Shown piece after piece: positions 17,846 to 28,500 of a DNA stretch of 64,000 nt. This DNA is from a virus. The stretch covers positions 32,001 through 96,000 of IMG/VR virus record IMGVR_UViG_3300005613_004097; one strand, given 5' to 3'. Made by a program: the position numbers and the translations under genes. Numbering within the stretch: the first letter of the stretch is position 1; each line of letters opens with the position of its first letter. Under the pieces are notes generated by a model. That model saw only the letters and a program-made list of their open reading frames with translations, did no database searches and was not told the DNA's origin.

Positions 17846-18307
17846 CTAAATTTTCATATTGATAACATCTGATAAATATTCACCTTCTTCAAGTTCTATT
17901 TTATTGCAATTTTCCTGTTCTTGTAATTGGTCTATCCACATATTCCAGTTTGTTTCTAACAATTTTACAAATTGCTCGTTGTTTCCTCGATCGACATACC
18001 TTTTGATATACTCATCCTTTATACTTCTTTTTGGATAAATCAAGGTAAAATCTATATTGTTCTCAACAAGCGCATCTCTTACTTCCTTATGTGAGGATAC
18101 TAAAATGATATCAACCTTACCAACATTCTCCTTTATGTGTTCAATATAATTTCTAGGAAAATCAGATTTGTCAAATTTACTTGAATCTGAATCTAATATC
18201 ACTTTGTTGCTTTGGTTTCGATACAGGTGTGATTTACCACATCCAGGAAATGCTGATATTACTAAGGTTTGTTTCATATTATGTTCATTGAATTTCTTTA
18301 TTTTCAT
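17846..18307 (-). CDS. P-loop kinase-like protein
   Basis: VISAFPGCGKS Walker A, DSDSS, YVDRGN; leader MKIKKFNEH. Confidence 0.8.
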   Translation of the reverse strand: MKIKKFNEHNMKQTLVISAFPGCGKSHLYRNQSNKVILDSDSSKFDKSDFPRNYIEHIKENVGKVDIILVSSHKEVRDALVENNIDFTLIYPKRSIKDEYIKRYVDRGNNEQFVKLLETNWNMWIDQLQEQENCNKIELEEGEYLSDVINMKI

Positions 18308-19490
18308 TTTTCAGTATATATTTTCTTGTTCCACAATTCCATGTGTTGTATTGTCCAGATTCAACTATCACAGGTGATGTTGAATCTATCAGACAAGATC
18401 CTTCTACCAATCTATCATCATACCAATCCAGTTCAATTGTCAGGATATTGTCTTTGATATCAAAATCATCAATATCAATTATATCGTTTACCAGATTGAA
18501 AAGTTTTCTTTTAATAATGTCCTTTTGTGTGTTCCATTCAAATTCTCTTATCTGTAAGAGTTTGTATCCTTTTTCAAGACACATGTTTGTCTTGTTCAAG
18601 TGATAATTCATATCATCATTCACTTTTGTGGAATGCCAATAATCACCATTGAATTCAATACATATTTTCATATCAGGTAATACAATGTCGATCTCATATG
18701 GGGATATCAACTTTCTGTCACTTCGATGTATCATACCATCATAAATTGAGCTGATATACTCATAAACTTCCTGCTCTCCCTGTGATCCGATATATTCATT
18801 ACATAGGTTGCAAGGTTCTATATTATCCTTTTTTCTATTTGATAAAGTATATTTACTTATTTCGAAAGTGTGATTTGATTTACATTTTATAGTATAATAA
18901 AGTCCATTAACAGATATTAATTTGTATTTTTCTGGCAAACCTTTCTGGATTTTGATAAATCCTCTTTCAGCATCTGATATTGTTTTTGACCTTATCTTAT
19001 CCAATGATATAGGTTCTTTGACGCCCCACTTTTTCAAGTTATTTTTTTGTCTCTTTTCGATGATCTCTTTAGATTTAGTAGAGTTATCCACGCCATATTT
19101 TTCCAATAGTGTCTTTTTCGACTTCTCTTTCATGATATTGGTCTGTGTAATATACTCAACACCATATTTTTTCAAACATGTATCTCTTTTTTTCTTTTCA
19201 CGAACAACATTCTGACACGATTTTGATCCACATGTTGGTCTATATCCATAACAATGATATTTTCGTTTCTTACCGCATACACACTTTGGTATATCCTTGA
19301 TTCTTTCTTTGAAATGGTAGAGTAGTATCATTGGAGTTTCATTTAGTCCTGTTTCAGACTTTAAAAAATCCAATAGATATCCGTTATTCTTAATGTGATA
19401 CGATATCTGATTGTTGTTTGAACATTCTTTCAAAAGAATATCAATATCCGAAACAGGATCACCAGTCAATTTAATAGTTGATTTTGCCAT
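18285..19490 (-). CDS. free-standing homing endonuclease-like protein (KYGV repeats plus PD-(D/E)XK/Vsr-like domain)
   Basis: Zn-binding Cys clusters, three K(Y/W)GV repeats, EIDI...IEFNGDYWH, LLQIRE.EW. Confidence 0.8.
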   Translation of the reverse strand: MAKSTIKLTGDPVSDIDILLKECSNNNQISYHIKNNGYLLDFLKSETGLNETPMILLYHFKERIKDIPKCVCGKKRKYHCYGYRPTCGSKSCQNVVREKKKRDTCLKKYGVEYITQTNIMKEKSKKTLLEKYGVDNSTKSKEIIEKRQKNNLKKWGVKEPISLDKIRSKTISDAERGFIKIQKGLPEKYKLISVNGLYYTIKCKSNHTFEISKYTLSNRKKDNIEPCNLCNEYIGSQGEQEVYEYISSIYDGMIHRSDRKLISPYEIDIVLPDMKICIEFNGDYWHSTKVNDDMNYHLNKTNMCLEKGYKLLQIREFEWNTQKDIIKRKLFNLVNDIIDIDDFDIKDNILTIELDWYDDRLVEGSCLIDSTSPVIVESGQYNTWNCGTRKYILKNENKEIQ

Positions 19491-19538
19491 AAACTATATA
19501 TTAAAAGATGAAACCTCCGTTTCGGATATGAACATTGA

Positions 19539-20144
19539 TTAAGCATACATCTCTTCGAGAACATCAAATTCCTTCTCGGTTTCGGATATTAGCTTCAATC
19601 TTCCGTTTCTTATCTGACTTTTGATAGTGCTGAGATTTTTCCCTAATTTCGATGCAATATCCTTGTATGCCATTCCATTGAGTTCTCTCATAACAATAAC
19701 TGTTTTGAAAGGTTCTTTGAGTTGATCGATATGTTTTTTCATGATGCTGGCTTTTTTCTGCCACATTTCATCAAGTAGGATATCATCAGAAATGTCATCT
19801 TGTATGAAATCTTTCATTGTTGTGCCATCTTCATCAACCGTTACATCCATTGATATCGTCTTGTTGTCATTTTTAATATCCTGTAGTGTGAGGTTTCTAG
19901 CTATTGTGAATAACCATGTAGAGAATTGTGCTTTGTCTTTTTCGTATTTTTCAATCTTATTGAATGCTATCAGGAATGATTCTGTTGCTAGATCCTCAGC
20001 TCTTGGTTGGTCATTACAAAGTTTTTGAATGTAATATATCAGTTTGGGTAGATATTTATCGTAGTAGAATTGAAAGTTGTTACCTGTTCTTTCGATAAAA
20101 AGTTTTTCTTGTTCGTTGAAATTGATCTTTACTGCTTTTTCCAT
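19539..20144 (-). CDS. ECF-type RNA polymerase sigma factor
   Basis: AEDL..E.F, FSTWLFTIARN (region 2), YKDIA..LG..LSTIKS.I..GR (region 4). Confidence 0.95.
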   Translation of the reverse strand: MEKAVKINFNEQEKLFIERTGNNFQFYYDKYLPKLIYYIQKLCNDQPRAEDLATESFLIAFNKIEKYEKDKAQFSTWLFTIARNLTLQDIKNDNKTISMDVTVDEDGTTMKDFIQDDISDDILLDEMWQKKASIMKKHIDQLKEPFKTVIVMRELNGMAYKDIASKLGKNLSTIKSQIRNGRLKLISETEKEFDVLEEMYA

Positions 20145-20205
20145 GCCGTTTAATTATTTTTTTATTGCCTTTTTTGCCGTTTATTGTACCATAATGATAC
20201 ATATA

Positions 20206-20233
20206 TTATATATCATATCAGATACTTTGTTTA
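20206..20233 (-). promoter_or_regulatory. TAAAC-N18-TATAA promoter upstream of the sigma gene (possible autoregulation)
   Basis: Exact motif and spacing. Confidence 0.65.
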
Positions 20234-20257
20234 GTTTATTTAAATAAAAAGTTTAAA

Positions 20258-20551
20258 TTATTTCTGTAACCACTTGTCTATCAACTCATTGCCTTTCATG
20301 AGTAGTGTGAAAAGGTTTGGTTCGCCTGTTACTTCGATATGATCGTAGTATTTGAAATCCTTGAATTTTTCACTGTCTGATACCATCATTTGTATGTACC
20401 ACTGATCATTTGATATGGATTTTGCTTTGAATATCATTATTTCCTTATTGTTGATAATTCCCTTTATTTTTCTGGATAGATCATATGGTTTCATTCCATG
20501 TGGATTGAAGTGATCGATGTTGAATATTATATCGAAAAATCTTTTAAACAT
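20258..20551 (-). CDS. hypothetical protein
   Basis: 97-aa ORF, TTATATATA upstream. Confidence 0.65.
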   Translation of the reverse strand: MFKRFFDIIFNIDHFNPHGMKPYDLSRKIKGIINNKEIMIFKAKSISNDQWYIQMMVSDSEKFKDFKYYDHIEVTGEPNLFTLLMKGNELIDKWLQK

Positions 20552-20582
20552 GTCGTTATATATAAAATGAATCGTGTTCCTC

Positions 20583-20885
20583 TTATTTATCGATCACTTT
20601 TCTGATCCAAACCTCGTTCTTTCTCATTATCTCATTTTCGATATCATCGATCGAAAAACCGAATCTTGATGCAACCAATAAGAGGTTTTGAAAGGTATCT
20701 GCCATTTCTTCGAGTATATTGTCTCTTACTTGGCTTTCAGTTTCGTTATGTGTTTTCATACCGATCGATTTATTGACCTCTCGTGCGAATTCACCCACTT
20801 CTTCATGGAATTTACACATTGCCTTTTCAAGTGATTTATAATCCATTTGGTCAATTCTTTTAATGTCTTCGAGTGCTTTTTTCAT
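20583..20885 (-). CDS. mazG: MazG-like NTP pyrophosphohydrolase
   Basis: EEVGE ... EEMAD motif pair. Confidence 0.85.
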   Translation of the reverse strand: MKKALEDIKRIDQMDYKSLEKAMCKFHEEVGEFAREVNKSIGMKTHNETESQVRDNILEEMADTFQNLLLVASRFGFSIDDIENEIMRKNEVWIRKVIDK

Positions 20886-20943
20886 AGTATGTGATTTTTT
20901 GTTTATATCTCTGTTATTGCTTTATAATATTCTTCTATTTTGT

Positions 20944-21171
20944 TCATTTTAATATTTCATTTATTTTTATCCTTCTATTTTCTTTTATCCAATTGTTTCT
21001 TTTATCCTCCAATAACAGGAAAATATATCGGTCAAATCCTTTGCCATAATGGCCTGAGAATTGATACGATTTATAGACCGCCTCTGATGACCTACATTTT
21101 TCCAAAAATCTTACATTAGGGTTTTCAATGTTACCATCATATTCAATTAGTATGTGAACAAACTCATTCAT
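20944..21171 (-). CDS. hypothetical protein with C-terminal RxxKIxxIL motif
   Basis: Ends RRIKINEILK. Confidence 0.65.
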   Translation of the reverse strand: MNEFVHILIEYDGNIENPNVRFLEKCRSSEAVYKSYQFSGHYGKGFDRYIFLLLEDKRNNWIKENRRIKINEILK

Positions 21172-21535
21172 GTAATATTTTGTTTAATCTATATCTTCTT
21201 ATGACATCTTTATTGTTCGTAAATACTCTATATTTTGATTCTCCAATAATTCTACCATCTTTTAGATTTAAATGTTCATGATTATAAGATCCTCTTATTC
21301 CTTTAAGAGGTGTTATAACTTGCCATCCTGTGAAAGCATATCCGAATATGGTTCCCTTTCCAACATAGGAATCATATTCATCTATTTGAAATTGATAACC
21401 ACCACCATTTTTATAGTATTCTCCATCGGGTAAGATTATTCTATCAAACTCAACATATCCATTTGATATCAATTCATTTACCAATTCTTCTTCAAACTTT
21501 GTCTCTTTCATCAATTTTTTGATTTCTTTTTTCAA
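21164..21535 (-). CDS. hypothetical protein with C-terminal RxxRLxxIL motif
   Basis: Ends RRYRLNKILHE; start uncertain. Confidence 0.65.
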   Translation of the reverse strand: MKKEIKKLMKETKFEEELVNELISNGYVEFDRIILPDGEYYKNGGGYQFQIDEYDSYVGKGTIFGYAFTGWQVITPLKGIRGSYNHEHLNLKDGRIIGESKYRVFTNNKDVIRRYRLNKILHE

Positions 21536-21620
21536 CGATTCACCAACTTACCATTATAACGTATGGGAACAAGTTTAAACTCTTCAAAATTTTTTAATTG
21601 AACTACCTTTGGTTTATAAC

Positions 21621-23453
21621 TCATTTCAGTAATGTTTCAAGTTCTTCAACGGTCAGAATTTCACATCCAAGTGATATTGCTTTCTTTTCTTTTGCACTTC
21701 CACTTCCTTTCACCTTCATAACAAGATGTGTGGTTGTTTTACTCACAGATGAACCAACCTTACCACCTTTGCTGAGAATAATTTCATTGAGATCATTTCT
21801 ACGAACTCCAGTGAATACAAATACCTTACCATCAAGATCATTACTGACAGATTCTACCTTTTCAGTTCTTTTCCAAGTTATAGGTAGATCTTTCACGAAT
21901 TGATAGAATTTATCCCAACCATCAAGATATGATTTTGCAGATGTTTCAGCAAATCCTTCAATTTCAATAATTTGATCAATAGTCGGTTTTTCTTCAAAAT
22001 GTTCTAAAAGTAGTAACTTCTTCGATCCAAGTCCTTTAAACAATCCAGTCGCGTGTTGAAGTTTTGAAAGTGTAACATCTTTCATTTTTGACTGAATTGA
22101 ATTGAATACAATAAGTGATTTTCTTTTACCGAAGCCTTCCAATTCATTCAATTTATCCGGAGTTGCTTCAAGAATTGATTTGATAGAGTTGTATCCAGCA
22201 TCCCAAAGTTGTCTGATAACTCCTTCTGATACATTTTCAACACCAAGAATTTCAAAGAAAGCAACTGTTTGTTTGAATCTTTGCTCATCAGTTTCTGTTA
22301 GTGTGATAAGTTCAACACCGTTTTCATTCCAATCTATGTTCGGAACATCTGGTATTTGAAACTCAACAGTTTCCAATACATCGTAAATGATGGGAATAAC
22401 CATTCCTGATCTTTTGATAACAACTTTTGCACCAACGCCTAATCCCATATCCTTAACGAATCTAGCATTATTACCAGTGACATTTGAAATTGTAACTCCA
22501 TCAAGTTTTACCGGATCAACGTGTAGAGTGGGTTTTAGGTAACCCTGTTTTGAGATATTATAAGAGATTCCAATAATTTCAGTTTCAGCAGTTTGTTCAA
22601 AGTTAGGTGATTTGTATGCTCTTGCCCATACAGGATTATTTGATGAAGTTTCTCTACCCAATTCTTCTTGTTCCTTTAAAAAATCCACCTCGATGATAAG
22701 TCCATCTATCTCGAATTCTTTTGACCATTCATCGAAAAGAGATTGGAGATGGTCTTCTGTCAATTCATTTATGTTTTTTACTTCAAAGGGAACAGTTGTA
22801 TCTTGTCCGTTATTCAGTTCAGTCAATAGTTCACTTTTTGTCATAAATGAATTTTCGAAATCTTTTTTGAATTTAGCTCCATATTTAATGTAGTGAATAT
22901 CTTTCAATGGCTCTGTAACTTCTTTTGAGTTGAGAAGTCCAGCTACAAGGTTTCTTGGATTGGCAAAGTCAGCGGCATATTTTTCCAAAAAGGTTGATTT
23001 TTTCATCATTACCTCACCGTATGTGAATTCAAACATAGAATTCTGAGATAGTTTATTACCCATCAGTTGATAATGTTTATCGGATTTTTGTCCGAATTCA
23101 CCATCACCTCTTGTGAATGCTTCTCCTGTAATTTCATTCACGCAAAGTGAAAGACCATCATATTTAGGTGTGATAACAACGGTTTGTGATGGATTGATTT
23201 CTTTGTTTCTACACCAATCGAATATTTCATCGATTGTTTTTACTTTGTTCATTGAAGCCATTTCTATTGGAAGTTTGGCTTTTCTTGATTCGTCTTTTAT
23301 CTCATGTCCTACTTTATCAAGTATAGGATTATGGGGATCCAATTCTTGCAGTTCTTCTATCAGAATATCATATTCTGAATCAGAGATTATTGGTTTTCCA
23401 AGACGGTAAGCCTTATTGGCCTTATCGATTTTTTCTATTAGTTGTTCTATCAT
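21621..23453 (-). CDS. ligA: NAD-dependent DNA ligase (start revised to ATG 23453)
   Basis: Y..G.P.ISDSEYD, KYDG, TRGDG..G, NPRN..AG, DG, HhH repeats, BRCT (FTG...GG....VSK.T); TATCTTTG 23470-23477. Confidence 0.95.
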   Translation of the reverse strand: MIEQLIEKIDKANKAYRLGKPIISDSEYDILIEELQELDPHNPILDKVGHEIKDESRKAKLPIEMASMNKVKTIDEIFDWCRNKEINPSQTVVITPKYDGLSLCVNEITGEAFTRGDGEFGQKSDKHYQLMGNKLSQNSMFEFTYGEVMMKKSTFLEKYAADFANPRNLVAGLLNSKEVTEPLKDIHYIKYGAKFKKDFENSFMTKSELLTELNNGQDTTVPFEVKNINELTEDHLQSLFDEWSKEFEIDGLIIEVDFLKEQEELGRETSSNNPVWARAYKSPNFEQTAETEIIGISYNISKQGYLKPTLHVDPVKLDGVTISNVTGNNARFVKDMGLGVGAKVVIKRSGMVIPIIYDVLETVEFQIPDVPNIDWNENGVELITLTETDEQRFKQTVAFFEILGVENVSEGVIRQLWDAGYNSIKSILEATPDKLNELEGFGKRKSLIVFNSIQSKMKDVTLSKLQHATGLFKGLGSKKLLLLEHFEEKPTIDQIIEIEGFAETSAKSYLDGWDKFYQFVKDLPITWKRTEKVESVSNDLDGKVFVFTGVRRNDLNEIILSKGGKVGSSVSKTTTHLVMKVKGSGSAKEKKAISLGCEILTVEELETLLK

Positions 23454-23484
23454 TCGATTGTAATTTTGACAAAGATAATAAAGT

Positions 23485-23792
23485 TCAGTTAATAATACCA
23501 AGTTGTTTTAATTTATATCTCCTATTTTCTTGTATATCTATTTGAAGATTGCTCGGATGTACTGATCTTGGTTTACCTCTATTGTCAAAGTTACTCACCA
23601 ATAAACAACTTTCAAGTGATTTTGAAAGTACTACCACTTCCATTAAATTATTGTGATAGTATGTGCATTTTTTTCATTTTCAGCAAACCTCACCTTTGTT
23701 CCAACAGGAAAACATTCACTCAGGTATTCATCAACCTCTTTTATATTACAAAGTGATTTATGTATCTCATAATCGTATTTCTTAAAATTCAT
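23485..23792 (-). pseudogene. SH3-like small protein split into two ORFs (23643-23792, 23485-23643) at an A7 run
   Basis: A -1 shift at GAA AAA AAT joins FPVGTKVRF to EVVV..VHPSNLQID..RRYKLKQLGI. Confidence 0.5.
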
Positions 23793-24075
23793 CAGGTGAC
23801 ATATAAAGATTCTCACTTATCAGTTGTCTATCATCAGGATCAAATGAAGATACACCATAAATAATTTGTCCTTCACGATAAGCTATTTCATAAGCTTCTT
23901 TTCTTGAAACAAACCTCTTATTCGATGTTAAGAATCCAAAATCTTTTCTATTGGTTGGCATCTCAGATTGGGGAACATTGAAGAATTCTAATGTTTCAAT
24001 ACAATCAGAATGTCTATAACCGGTGATTATTTTTCCTTTGAAAAGGACTGCTGAACAAAGTATTCTTTCTCTCAT
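23782..24075 (-). CDS. hypothetical phage protein
   Basis: GYRH..C, GFLTS..RFVSR.EA..IA, L.SE.LY pattern. Confidence 0.75.
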   Translation of the reverse strand: MRERILCSAVLFKGKIITGYRHSDCIETLEFFNVPQSEMPTNRKDFGFLTSNKRFVSRKEAYEIAYREGQIIYGVSSFDPDDRQLISENLYMSPDEF

Positions 24076-24090
24076 TTTAACTTTTTTGTG

Positions 24091-24164
<74 letters not shown>

Positions 24165-24276
24165 TTTAAATTACATTTAAAACAATCATAAGCTGAATCA
24201 ACTCCTCCATCACAGTTACATACTTGATAAGAGAAAATATGATTCAACTTTGATATTATTTTATGTATCCTTTTCA

Positions 24277-24558
24277 TCAAGATTCTGTGACCTGAGAAGA
24301 ACTCACTTCATCATATGCACAATTCGCAACAATGTAGGCATCGCTGAAAAGTGACCAATCAAGTTTGTTTTCATGGCAGAATTCAACAGAATCCATGTTG
24401 TATTTTTTGATGAGTCTCAGTTCAGGTTCATAATTTTTCAGCTCTTTACGAACTTGATCATCATCGAGAAAATCCGGTGAGTCCATGAATTCGACAATAG
24501 ACATGTACTTATCTTCCAAACTGAGCTGTCTTAGGTTTTTAACTTTTTCTAGATTCAT
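24277..24558 (-). CDS. hypothetical protein
   Basis: 93 aa; TATATTTG promoter 24596-24603. Confidence 0.7.
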   Translation of the reverse strand: MNLEKVKNLRQLSLEDKYMSIVEFMDSPDFLDDDQVRKELKNYEPELRLIKKYNMDSVEFCHENKLDWSLFSDAYIVANCAYDEVSSSQVTES

Positions 24559-24721
24559 TTTTTTTTTGTTTTTATTGATTAATTATTAAGAAATACAAAT
24601 ATAAGGAATAATTTACATTATACCAAATGATCTGAAACCAGATCTTCAAATTCCTGTGGATGTGATTCCTTTACCTGTTTTTCTGTTAATTTAATTTTCA
24701 TGTTATTGTTATTGATTTATT

Positions 24722-25099
24722 TTAAAATATTTTTTCTAAAAGTTGAGTTGCTTTTTCAATATCAAGTGAATTGTTCCAAAGAAATGCGCCAATATAAGGT
24801 ACACCGACATAAACTATGGACAATGATATGGAGTGTAATAGTATGGATGTGAGAAAGAAAATGATCCAACTTGATTCTTTGATTTTTTGTATGGTCTTGT
24901 TATCCCGTATGAAATCGTTGGTCAGTATTACTAACATTAAAAATGGGAAAACAAGACCAAGATGTAATGCAACAAAAAAGAAGTATGCAATTCCAATTAA
25001 AACGGCAAGTATTTTCAGTGAAAGTAAGAAATTGAATGCAATGAAAAGTAGTGATGCTATTCCAATAATTGATACGATTGTTTTATCTATTTTTTTCAT
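24722..25099 (-). CDS. multi-pass membrane protein
   Basis: About three hydrophobic helices; TACATTTG 4 nt before ATG. Confidence 0.7.
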   Translation of the reverse strand: MKKIDKTIVSIIGIASLLFIAFNFLLSLKILAVLIGIAYFFFVALHLGLVFPFLMLVILTNDFIRDNKTIQKIKESSWIIFFLTSILLHSISLSIVYVGVPYIGAFLWNNSLDIEKATQLLEKIF

Positions 25100-25123
25100 G
25101 CAACAAATGTAAGGAATTTTTTA

Positions 25124-25303
25124 TCAAAAAAATTGTAGCTCATACATTGAGGCATTGTGAGAGTAGAGTATATGTGGTTCTCTTACTGCAGACCCATATA
25201 GATTCCGATCAACAACTTCTTTGACTGTCTCATAGGAGATTTGATAAGGCCATTCACTAATGCCCAATTCCCATAATTTAAGTTTTCTAAGTTGTTTTTT
25301 CAT
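25124..25303 (-). CDS. small hypothetical protein with N-terminal RxxKLxxLG motif
   Basis: ATGA-coupled start 25303, MKKQLRKLKLWELGI. Confidence 0.55.
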   Translation of the reverse strand: MKKQLRKLKLWELGISEWPYQISYETVKEVVDRNLYGSAVREPHILYSHNASMYELQFF

Positions 25304-25524
25304 ATTCCAAGTTGTCTGAGCTTTTTTCTTCTCAGTTCTTTTTTTCTTTCTGATGGATTGAGATATTTCATCTTTGTCCTGTAATTTGAGGCACATTTTT
25401 TTGAACAGGACAAACCCCATCCTCGTTTAAGATTTCTATTATCAGGCTTGAATTTTTGATCACAGAAAATACAATTTCTCATACCATCATCACAATTTTT
25501 CAGAGCTTCCTCAAATATGTTCAT
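25300..25524 (-). CDS. small zinc-finger protein with C-terminal RxxKLxxLG motif
   Basis: CIFC...CSKKC; TATATTTG 4 nt before ATG 25524. Confidence 0.7.
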   Translation of the reverse strand: MNIFEEALKNCDDGMRNCIFCDQKFKPDNRNLKRGWGLSCSKKCASNYRTKMKYLNPSERKKELRRKKLRQLGI

Positions 25525-25594
25525 TTTACAAATATAATAAAATAAAGAGAAAATCAAAAATCTTAATATATAACAAAAAACTAATAATAGCATC

Positions 25595-28500
25595 ATGCCA
25601 ATTCAAAGTTCATTTGCAACAGTCGCAGAACAGATTCTAGCCTATAACAGCAATATTGTTGAAATACTCACAAAGATAAATTCGCTTTCGACCACGACCG
25701 ATCCTTCGGTTGATGTGAGAATATTCGATGCGACCGGACAACAGAACAGTTATTCATTGCCATCATTTTCATATTTGAAGAGTGAAATAGAAAGATTGAA
25801 CAATTCGATAAACTCACTTTATTCGATAGACACGAACGGTGCATTGATACAGACATCAAATCGAAATAAATTCAAGAAAATAATAACAGTGGACCTCAAT
25901 CGCGAACCCAATCCGATAGATCAATTGCCACCGGTGACCCAGTTCAGATCATCAAAGAATTGGATATTCGATGGACTTTTGAATCCTTTGTTATCGGTAG
26001 AGATTGATCTATCTGATAAGATCGAGAACAATGTCAGAAAATGTCTTACTAGAAGATACATAGTTGAATTCAATCGCGATTCTGCTGGTGAACTCACCAC
26101 ATTAGGTCAGGCAGCTTTATCAGAATTCAATCAATTGTTCAGAGGTAGAACAGATATTGATCTTCAGGAATTTGAGAATTGGCACAGAACCACATCTGGT
26201 GTTGTATCTCCCTTGAGCCCGAATTATGATGAGCAGATGTTCGATATAGAACCTAATAATCTACTTTGGGATGGTGTTTTCAATGTATTGGAAATTGAAG
26301 AAGATACTGTGAATCGAAAATTATGGTATAGGATCAATACACTTGATTATATTGTGAATGATACTTTGGAAGTAAAGCAATTGGTCGTTGGTGATGAGGT
26401 GATAATAAATCAGACCATCTCAAATACGCGATACAAGATAATTGAAGTTTCAACCACTGAGTCAAATCCAAGGATAAGACTCGAGCGAGTTGAAGGACTT
26501 CAACCAGTTCCTGTCGGTGTTGGCACACTCAAGATATATTCGCCAGTGATATACACGAAAAGATTGAGAGTTTCTATTGGTTACAATGAGAGAAACATAG
26601 TTTTTGTCAAGGCAATGAATGCAGATAACAACTTAATTGCAAAAAGTTGGTCCAAAGGAATAGGTTTTTATACTGGAGATCTTACATTAAGGTCAAATGA
26701 TTCATTCAATGGACAGACACTTGAACAATATTATGTGAGTCAGGTGTATGACTATGGTAAAGTTCTTTCAGACCTTGTTGCAAAAAAGACACCGAACACA
26801 TTGGCGGGTAATCCCAACCCAGTGACATTGAATCCCGACAATTTCAAAGTTGTTCAGATAAACAAACACTTGACCGATACACCTGATGCCAATATCGTTA
26901 AGAACAAACACAATTATACAGTTTCTTTGAAAAATGAGATCAAACAGGTTCAAGAGGCAATATCTGATAGAAATAAGAAATTGAGAGTGACAAAATTTGC
27001 ATCACAGGCAGCTAAAAAGAAGTTTGAGTTGGAAATTGATGAATTGAACAAAAAGAAAGTTTCAAAATCCAAGTTGCTTGCAACCACTGTCAATGAGATC
27101 CTTGATCTTACCAGAAACGACCAGACAAGGGTTGATCCGAAATACAGACTCAGAGGATTCTGGGAAATACCAGATGCAGTTGTTACAAGAGGAACAAAGC
27201 CACAGGAGATCATTCAGTTCAGAGTTCAATACAGATATGTCTCAAAGGATGGAAGAGAGCCGAATGTTGAATCATATAATATCAAAGAGCAGGGTCAGAA
27301 TAAAACGGCAGCTTTTTCCAATTGGAATGAGTTCAAATCAGATGTTAGAAAAAGAACTTTCAACAAGGCAACTGGTGAATATCAGTGGCAGATCGAGAAT
27401 GTTGAAGATGCAGATACTCCAAATATCAATCAATTGGATATTCCCATAACTCAGAATGAGCGTGTTGAGATGAGAATAAAATCCATATCAGAGGTCGGTT
27501 ATCCTGATTCACCGGTAGAATCTGAGTGGTCAGATATATTGACAGTTGATTTTCCTGATGATCTTAATGATGTTCTCACTGATAATCAATTCATATTACA
27601 GGAAGCATCAAAAGAGGATCTTAAAGTGAGTGTTGAATCTGAATTGAGTGCAAAAGGTCTTGATGAACACCTTGCAGAAACGACCATAATCAATAATAAG
27701 ACATATTTACACGATGCTTCTTCAATATTGAGTGGATTTCAAGATGCGAATGGTGTCTCTTTGGATCTTTTCCAATATTTGAACAGATTGGAAACAAGAA
27801 TTAGACAGCTCGAAGAGCAAATAGCTAGAACGCGAGGTGAACTTGAAGTTGTTATTCTAAGGAACAATCAGGAATTTGTCATTGGATACAACTCTGAGAC
27901 GGTATTCAATGTAGAGTGTGAAGATTATCTTGACTCTTTCTCAGGAACCGGTATACCATCTGGTAGAGTGTATGCAAATAACATTTATGTCATAAAGGAC
28001 TTTGCAATTCGTATAAAGAACCGTTCGGTTGAGTCCAATTTGGGACTTCTCAGTGATTCGTTATATAACAGTAATTCTGACTTTTACAATACACAGGTTC
28101 CTCAAGTTTTCTGGGTGAACCCACAGGATGAGCTTTTATTCTCAGATGTTTCAGGGGTTTCGAGAACTCAATTGAACAATCAGTTCTTATGGGCAGTGAA
28201 TTATGAGACGATAACATCACAATCCAATATTGTGAGTCGATTATCAGAGAATATCGGAAACAGTTTCGTTGCACAATCAAGTAATTCATTGACTGATTTC
28301 CTTTCTTTGGATGAGTATAATATTGGATACAGTGAGACACAGACATTGAATTTTGTTTCAAATAACTCATCACTTTTGGATAATTCAAAATGGGTTGATG
28401 ATACTGTTTCAGTTGGATCCACAACCAAGTTCCTGACAACAATACATCCTGTCATAAATGAATTGGAAGATATTGTTGAAGACAATCAAGATAAGATCAA

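Noticed and set aside
21532-21624. Programmed frameshift joining a 30-aa ORF to 21164-21535
   Set aside because: No slippery heptamer; the TTGA overlap fits ordinary translational coupling or simple decay
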